A stretch of 64,000 nucleotides of DNA from a virus (Duplodnaviria; Heunggongvirae; Uroviricota; Caudoviricetes): the IMG/VR virus record IMGVR_UViG_3300042256_000013, positions 192,001-256,000 of that record; one strand, 5' to 3'. Of this stretch, positions 57,848 to 64,000 are shown piece by piece. The first letter of the stretch is position 1. Every line of letters begins with the position of its first letter. The position numbers were made by a program, and so were the translations under genes. Under the pieces are notes generated by a model. That model saw only the letters and a program-made list of their open reading frames with translations, made no database searches and was not told the DNA's origin.

Positions 57848-60800
57848 ATGTATTCTATAAAAACTGATCTTGACGTATCTGGTAATCAAACGATCCAAAA
57901 AGATCTTTTGGTTAACGGTAGTGCAGTCATTACGAATGATTTAACCGTAGGTGGTACAATCAACTTCGCTAATGCTACATTTACTCAGATTACTGTCACT
58001 GGAACAGCGAATCTTAACAACGTAACCTCAACAGGTACAGCTACATTGAATAATGTAAACGTTTCTGGTAATACAGTACTTGGTGATTCCGGCACTGATA
58101 CTGTTACCGTAAATGGCGTTTCAACATTCAATGCTGATATTACTGCTAAAAGCAATGTATCTATTGAAGGAAATACTGTTGTTGGTAACGCAAGTTCCGA
58201 CACTTTAACAGTTAATGCAACAAGCACATTCGTAGCTCCTGCTACATTCAATGGTGATGTTACTATAGGTGACGCTGCTGCTGATGCTTTGACTGTAAAT
58301 TCCACTGCGAATTTAAAAAATAACGTAACTATTGGTGAAAACGCCGCTGACGTTTTAACTGTTAATAGTACCTCTAACTTTGCTAACAATGTTACTCTTG
58401 GTTCGGACGCAACTGATTCACTAACGGTGAATGCTACAACAAATATTAAGAACAACATGATTATTGGTGAGAATGCTACTGATACATTGGTTATCAATAG
58501 TACTACCACTATTGCGGGTCCACTAACTGCTGATGATATAAATGTCGGCGGAACTTTAGTTGTAGCTGGTGGAACTACACTTGAATCACTAACTGTTAAT
58601 GGTTTAACAAACCTTAATGATGATCTAGTAATGGCTTCTGGTACGTCAGCTTCATTTGAAGATGTAATAATTAATGGTACATTAAGTGGTGCTTTTAGTA
58701 TTACTAATGGTAATTTCACTACTTTAAACGTTTCAGGTCAATCAAGCCTACATACTACCACAATTCAAGGTAACTTAACTGGTACAGGATATTCATCTAT
58801 CTTTAATAGCTATGTTGTTAATGGTGCTAGTGGACTAATTAGTTTCAACTATAATGATCCAGCACGTCCAAGTGATATTAAAACAAGTATTGAACCATAT
58901 AAACTTAGTACTAATGAAATTCAAATCAATGTTGGTGATATTCAACGTGCTACTATTGGTGATGTAACTTATTCTGATTATGGTTTAACCGCTCTTGGTA
59001 AAGCAAAAATTGATTACTTGGATATTACAGGTAACAGTACTACTGGTACAGATCGTCCACAACTAACAGTTGCTGGTGAATCAACATTTGCAGGTAATGT
59101 AACTGTTGGTACTGGAACTACAACTACTGTTAATGATTTAGTTATAACTGGTTCCGTAACTGGTATTAGTTTCTCTGATCTTGATATTACTGGTGATTTA
59201 ACAGTTGCTGGAACTTCGGATTTCACTCAGAAAGCAACATTTGTAGATCTTGAAAGTACTAATAAAGCAACATTCAACGATGTTGAAATTAATGGTGATC
59301 TAACTGGTTCATTCACTATCACTAATGGTCAATTTGGTACAATTTCAGTAACTGGTCAAAGTAGTTTAAACTCTGTAGTACTAAGTGGTAACTTAACTGG
59401 TACAACTCAAGCTGCTACATTCCAAACTTACAACGTTGCTGGACAAACTGGTGTAATTCAGTTCCAATACAACGATGGTTCTGGTCATATTCGTTCTTCT
59501 ATTGAACCATATAAAATTAGTTCATACGAATTCCAGGGTGATATTGCTGATTTTAATCGCCTAACAACTGGTGATGTAACATTCGCAACCTATGGACTAA
59601 CAGGTGCTGGTCTAAACAAACTAGATTACTTAGATATTACAGGTAACTCTACCACTGGTACTAACCGTGCACAATTAACAGTTGCTGGTAAAGCAGTGTT
59701 TAATGGTGATGTAGAATTCCACGGTCTAGTAAGTGGACTAACTGTTGATCTAACAGGACAAGATATTACTCCTAAATCAGTAGTTGCAAATGAATCCCTA
59801 GAATCAACAACAACAACTGTTGTCGGTACTGATTTAACTGTTGGTGGATTTGCACATATTACTGGTGATGTTAATGCTGGTTCTCTTGATGTTGACGGTG
59901 CTTCTACTTTCGGTGGAAATATAACTGTTGAAGGTCAAACTGTAACTGTAAAAGATTTAGTTGTAACTGGTACTACTACTGGTGTTACTGCTGTTGCTGA
60001 TGTTGATGGATTGGATATTAAACCTAATTCAGTTGAAGCTACAACTTCAGTTAAAGCTGCTACTCTTGAAAGTACTGGAACACTAACTGTAGCTGGAAAC
60101 ATCACTTCTGGTGCGGCTGCAATTCAATTAGCTAAAGATACTACCGTAACTGGTACATTAAGAGTTTCTGAATCAGTAATTGCTACTGGTAACTTAATTG
60201 GTGCTGGAGCACAATTAACTGGTCCAGGTACTTCTCTTGCAGTTTCATCTAATGCAACTATTGGTGGTAACTTAACTGTAACTGGTAATACAAACTTCGG
60301 TTCAACTACTGGAACAACGACTATCCATGATTTAGTTGTAACAGGTACTACCACTGGTGTTACTGTAACTGCTAACGTAGATGGTTTAGATATTAAACCT
60401 AATTCTGTTGAAGTTGATACTACTTTAGATGTAACTGGAGCTACAACCTTAGCTGGTTTAACTGCTGGTGCAACAACTGTTGGTTCTCTAAGTACTACTG
60501 GTAATGTTCAAGCTGCTACTGCTTCCATAACTGGTGCTCTAACTGCTGGTTCACTTGTAACTGCTTCTATTGGTAATTCAACAAATAATGTAACCGTAAG
60601 TTCTCCATTAATTGCTTCTGATGATTTAACAGTACAAGGTACATTGATCCTTGCTGGTGCATTAGATTTATCTGCTGTTGATGTTGATGCTAAATCAATC
60701 ACAACAACTGAAGGTGCAACTATTGGTGGTAATCTAGTTGTAAGTGGTTCTGTAGACTTATCAAGTTCTAATGTTACTGCTATCAATTATACTGCTACAA

Positions 60801-63010
60801 GCACAACTGTTGCTAACTTACTTCCAGTACTAAGTTCTACAACTGCCACTATTGGTACAGTTAATGCAACTACACTTAGTGCAACTGGTACTACAACTTT
60901 AGCTGGACTAAATGCAGGAAATACCGCAATTACTGGTACTCTAAGTACTACTGGTCTTGCAACATTGAACTCCGCAACTGTAACTGGTGTAGCAACATTT
61001 AATGGTAACATTACTTCTGCTAACGCAACAGTGGCAATTGCTAAAAACACTGCAATTACAGGTAACTTAAATGTTACAGGTACATTAACTGCTGGTGTTA
61101 TTGATTTAAGTACTACTGATGTAACAGTACAATCACTTGTTTCAAGTGGTAATGCTCACATTGAAGGTGATTTAGTAGTTGATGGTGCATTCGATTTAAG
61201 TTCTACTAATATTTCTGCTGCTTCTCTAGCAAGTACAGGCGACACCACTGTTGGTCAAGATTTAATTCTAACGACTGGTTTCATTACAGGTTCACCATCC
61301 ATTTCTGGTAATACCACAATGGCAGGTTCACTAACTGTAACTGGTATAACTTATCTAAGTAGTGTTGAAACAACTGGTACTGCACAATTGAATAGTGCTA
61401 CTGTAGGTACTACATTGGGTGTAACTGGTGCAACTACTTTAAGTACTGTAAGTACTTCAGGTCTTGCAACATTGAACTCTGTAACTGTTTCAGGTGCAGC
61501 AACATTTAATGGTAATACTACTATTGGTGATGCAAGTGCTGATACATTAACAGTTAACGCAACAAGTACATTTGCTAATAACGTGACCGTAAATGGTACA
61601 TTCACTCCAGCAGGTGGATTGAACTTAGGTTCTGCTGCATTGAACGTTGCTTCAGTAACTACTACTGGTGTTGTATCTGTTGGTACTAACGCAACAGTTG
61701 GTGGAACTCTAGGTGTAACTGGTACAAGTACACTAGGTGTATTGAACTCTGGAAATCATGGTATCACTGGTACTCTAACAGTTTCAGGTGCTTCTACATT
61801 AGCTGCTGTAAATGCTACAAGCCTAACTACTACTGGTGTGATTACAGTTAACGGTACTGCGGTATCTAAGATTCAAAATCTACAAGTAGGTACTGGTACT
61901 CCAGATAATACTAAAGTACTAAACGTATTTGGTGATTCAACAATTACTGGTGATTTAGCTGTAACTGGTGTAATTAACGCAGAAATTGACCTAACATCAC
62001 GTGATATTAAACCTCGTAACATTGAAGCTTCTGGTAATATTAAAGTAAGTGATTTCCTAGAAGTAGGTACAACACTAACTGCTGCTGCTGCTGTTCTTGG
62101 GGCTACTGGTTCAACCAATAATAACCTACAAGTTAATGGTAATGCAACTTATACCGGAAACCTAACAGTTGGTGGTGTAATCTTTGGTTCATTCGATCAG
62201 TCAAACTCTGACGTAACTATGAAATCACTACATGTAACCACTTCTGGTGTAATTGATACTTCCCTAACAGTTGGTACTACATTAGGTGTAACTGGTGCTA
62301 CGACTCTAAGTACTTTAAGTACTTCTGGTGCAGCGACTCTGGCTTCTGCTGGTATCACTGGAAACGCAACAGTTGGCGGAACATTAGGTGTAACTGGAGC
62401 AACTACTTTAGCTGGTCTAAGTGCAGGTAATACAGCAATCACTGGTACACTAAGTACTACTGGACTTGCAACTCTTAACAGTCTAACTGTTACAGGTGCA
62501 GTAGCTCTAAATGGTAACTCTGTAATTGGTGATGCAAGTACTGATACTTTAACTGTTAATGCTACAAGTACATTTGCTGGTAACACAACAGTAAATAACC
62601 TAACAGTAAATGGTACTTTAAATTATGACTTGTCAAATGTTAATACTACTTCTGTTACAACTGGTACGTACTATGTTAAACAACATGCTGCTCAAACTGT
62701 AACATCAACTGCTCCTGCAACGCCTTGGACACCAGATGGTACAAGTAATGTGTATAACCTTACAGTATCAGGTACAAGTACTAATACAATTAGTATTCAA
62801 GATATTACTGGTGCAACCACTAAAGGTGCTGGATCATGGTTTATCTATGTAACTCAAGATGCTACTGGTGGATGTGGTGTGAACTTCGGCTCTAATTATA
62901 AAATTATTGGCGGTTCAGTAAGCACCAATGCTAACACTACAAGTATCTGTCAAGTTGTTTACTGCGGTATTGGTTCTATCTTCGATGTGTTCATAGCACA
63001 ACGCCCATAA
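57848..63010 (+). CDS. long repetitive fibre protein (1720 aa)
   Basis: Thr/Gly/Val-rich beta repeats, followed by a chaperone-like gene. Confidence 0.75.
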   Translation: MYSIKTDLDVSGNQTIQKDLLVNGSAVITNDLTVGGTINFANATFTQITVTGTANLNNVTSTGTATLNNVNVSGNTVLGDSGTDTVTVNGVSTFNADITAKSNVSIEGNTVVGNASSDTLTVNATSTFVAPATFNGDVTIGDAAADALTVNSTANLKNNVTIGENAADVLTVNSTSNFANNVTLGSDATDSLTVNATTNIKNNMIIGENATDTLVINSTTTIAGPLTADDINVGGTLVVAGGTTLESLTVNGLTNLNDDLVMASGTSASFEDVIINGTLSGAFSITNGNFTTLNVSGQSSLHTTTIQGNLTGTGYSSIFNSYVVNGASGLISFNYNDPARPSDIKTSIEPYKLSTNEIQINVGDIQRATIGDVTYSDYGLTALGKAKIDYLDITGNSTTGTDRPQLTVAGESTFAGNVTVGTGTTTTVNDLVITGSVTGISFSDLDITGDLTVAGTSDFTQKATFVDLESTNKATFNDVEINGDLTGSFTITNGQFGTISVTGQSSLNSVVLSGNLTGTTQAATFQTYNVAGQTGVIQFQYNDGSGHIRSSIEPYKISSYEFQGDIADFNRLTTGDVTFATYGLTGAGLNKLDYLDITGNSTTGTNRAQLTVAGKAVFNGDVEFHGLVSGLTVDLTGQDITPKSVVANESLESTTTTVVGTDLTVGGFAHITGDVNAGSLDVDGASTFGGNITVEGQTVTVKDLVVTGTTTGVTAVADVDGLDIKPNSVEATTSVKAATLESTGTLTVAGNITSGAAAIQLAKDTTVTGTLRVSESVIATGNLIGAGAQLTGPGTSLAVSSNATIGGNLTVTGNTNFGSTTGTTTIHDLVVTGTTTGVTVTANVDGLDIKPNSVEVDTTLDVTGATTLAGLTAGATTVGSLSTTGNVQAATASITGALTAGSLVTASIGNSTNNVTVSSPLIASDDLTVQGTLILAGALDLSAVDVDAKSITTTEGATIGGNLVVSGSVDLSSSNVTAINYTATSTTVANLLPVLSSTTATIGTVNATTLSATGTTTLAGLNAGNTAITGTLSTTGLATLNSATVTGVATFNGNITSANATVAIAKNTAITGNLNVTGTLTAGVIDLSTTDVTVQSLVSSGNAHIEGDLVVDGAFDLSSTNISAASLASTGDTTVGQDLILTTGFITGSPSISGNTTMAGSLTVTGITYLSSVETTGTAQLNSATVGTTLGVTGATTLSTVSTSGLATLNSVTVSGAATFNGNTTIGDASADTLTVNATSTFANNVTVNGTFTPAGGLNLGSAALNVASVTTTGVVSVGTNATVGGTLGVTGTSTLGVLNSGNHGITGTLTVSGASTLAAVNATSLTTTGVITVNGTAVSKIQNLQVGTGTPDNTKVLNVFGDSTITGDLAVTGVINAEIDLTSRDIKPRNIEASGNIKVSDFLEVGTTLTAAAAVLGATGSTNNNLQVNGNATYTGNLTVGGVIFGSFDQSNSDVTMKSLHVTTSGVIDTSLTVGTTLGVTGATTLSTLSTSGAATLASAGITGNATVGGTLGVTGATTLAGLSAGNTAITGTLSTTGLATLNSLTVTGAVALNGNSVIGDASTDTLTVNATSTFAGNTTVNNLTVNGTLNYDLSNVNTTSVTTGTYYVKQHAAQTVTSTAPATPWTPDGTSNVYNLTVSGTSTNTISIQDITGATTKGAGSWFIYVTQDATGGCGVNFGSNYKIIGGSVSTNANTTSICQVVYCGIGSIFDVFIAQRP

Positions 63011-63025
63011 TCATAAGGAGATAAT

Positions 63026-63664
63026 ATGATTTACTTATCCGTTCTCAAGGACGAGAACGGATCTTGGTATATTGCCAAGGTCCTAACATCTACGATTAAC
63101 GTTCGTGGAAACGCAACCGGAATTACATATGGTAATATTATTGGTCTTGATTTAGCAACCCGTCTAATGGAAGGGTTCTGGACTCAAGAAGATATATATG
63201 AAAATACTGGCGAATTCATGCAATTCAAAGAAAAAGTTACTACTTTTGATGATGTAAATGGTGTTGTTACCAACACTTACATCTATGAATTAATGGATTT
63301 AGATGTAATTAAAACTGATCTCAGAGGTCGTGTTGACTCAAAACGTGATACAGTATATTTCGGTGGTTTTGAATTTAATGGTAAAACATTTTATTCAGGT
63401 ATAAGTAACCGTAGTAATATTCAACTAATGCTTCTATCATCTCTTGTAGATGAAACAAATTTCCCATCTGATCTAGTTTGGGATACAGTTGATGGTGAAA
63501 GAATCCCAATGGATTTAGCAACCTTCAAACTATTTGCAAAAGCATTAACTGATTTTACACGTACTTTGTTTATCACTGCTCGTTCAATTAAAGATGCTAT
63601 TGATGATGCTACAGATTTCGCTACCATTCGTGCAGCCGCTGCATGGAATGGCGAACTTCTATAA
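63026..63664 (+). CDS. DUF4376-like fibre assembly protein
   Basis: KRD....GGF.F.G..F.S...R.NI, W.T.DG...P and IDDA motifs, directly after the fibre gene. Confidence 0.65.
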   Translation: MIYLSVLKDENGSWYIAKVLTSTINVRGNATGITYGNIIGLDLATRLMEGFWTQEDIYENTGEFMQFKEKVTTFDDVNGVVTNTYIYELMDLDVIKTDLRGRVDSKRDTVYFGGFEFNGKTFYSGISNRSNIQLMLLSSLVDETNFPSDLVWDTVDGERIPMDLATFKLFAKALTDFTRTLFITARSIKDAIDDATDFATIRAAAAWNGELL

Positions 63665-63677
63665 TTTAATTAATATT

Positions 63678-63712
63678 AAAAAAGGCTAACTTATGTTGGC
63701 CTTTTGTTTTTT
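63678..63712 (+). terminator. intrinsic terminator
   Basis: aaaaggctaac-ttat-gttggcctttt. Confidence 0.75.
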
Positions 63713-63760
63713 GTACCCTATAATAAATACAGGATACAACCATTATCTGAGGAATTTTTA

Positions 63761-64000
63761 ATGAGTGCATATACTATAAAAGGTGCGGAAGGTGTTGTTA
63801 TAAATAGTACTTACTTTTTAGAACTACCAAAAGCCCCTACAAAACAAACAACCTACGCTGAACGTGCAGGTATGATTCGTTATAACTCAGAATGGAAAGC
63901 ATTTGAAGGTGTAATTGAATTCACTGATGGTTCACTAGATTATCGCCGTTTCGCACAACTTGATGAAAACGGTCAATTACAAACTTCCCAATTACCAGAT
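63761..64000 (+). CDS. structural/fibre protein, truncated by window end
   Basis: MSAYTIKG...LELP...GMIRYN...FEG. Late promoter at 63723 and GAGG RBS. Confidence 0.6.
   Translation, partial: MSAYTIKGAEGVVINSTYFLELPKAPTKQTTYAERAGMIRYNSEWKAFEGVIEFTDGSLDYRRFAQLDENGQLQTSQLPD

Noticed and set aside
57985-62586. Several antisense ORFs (up to 244 aa) inside the long fibre gene
   Set aside because: Shadow ORFs caused by repetitive Thr/Val/Gly codons. No RBS or promoter.

Overview
This AT-rich, densely coding window is part of a jumbo myophage with distant T4-like genes. Gene content and order resemble GAP32/RAK2/PBECO4-type enterobacterial jumbo phages; that assignment is recognition, not a database result. 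The window holds replication and recombination genes (RNase H/5'-3' exonuclease, putative clamp, family B DNA polymerase, DsbA-like, gp46/gp47, EndoVII-like, gp55 sigma) and a head module (portal, protease, scaffold, major capsid). It also holds a baseplate/neck/tail-fibre module (gp5-like spike-lysozyme, gp25, gp6, a 3339-aa wedge protein, long fibres) and accessory GroES, ClpA, NUDIX and metallophosphoesterase genes. Four signals are not explained by the ORF track. (1) An ORF-free, hairpin-rich ~680-nt segment (21295-21977) sits between a phage promoter and a terminator on the minus strand, making it a candidate large ncRNA. (2) The palindrome AGTACT is strongly enriched across the window. 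(3) Seven copies of a TG(G/A)AAC-N17-TATAAT promoter occur, several back-to-back with ATAAATA late promoters. (4) A T-TTT-TTC slippery site could fuse the gp26-like and gp51-like ORFs by -1 frameshifting. All product calls come from motif recognition by eye.
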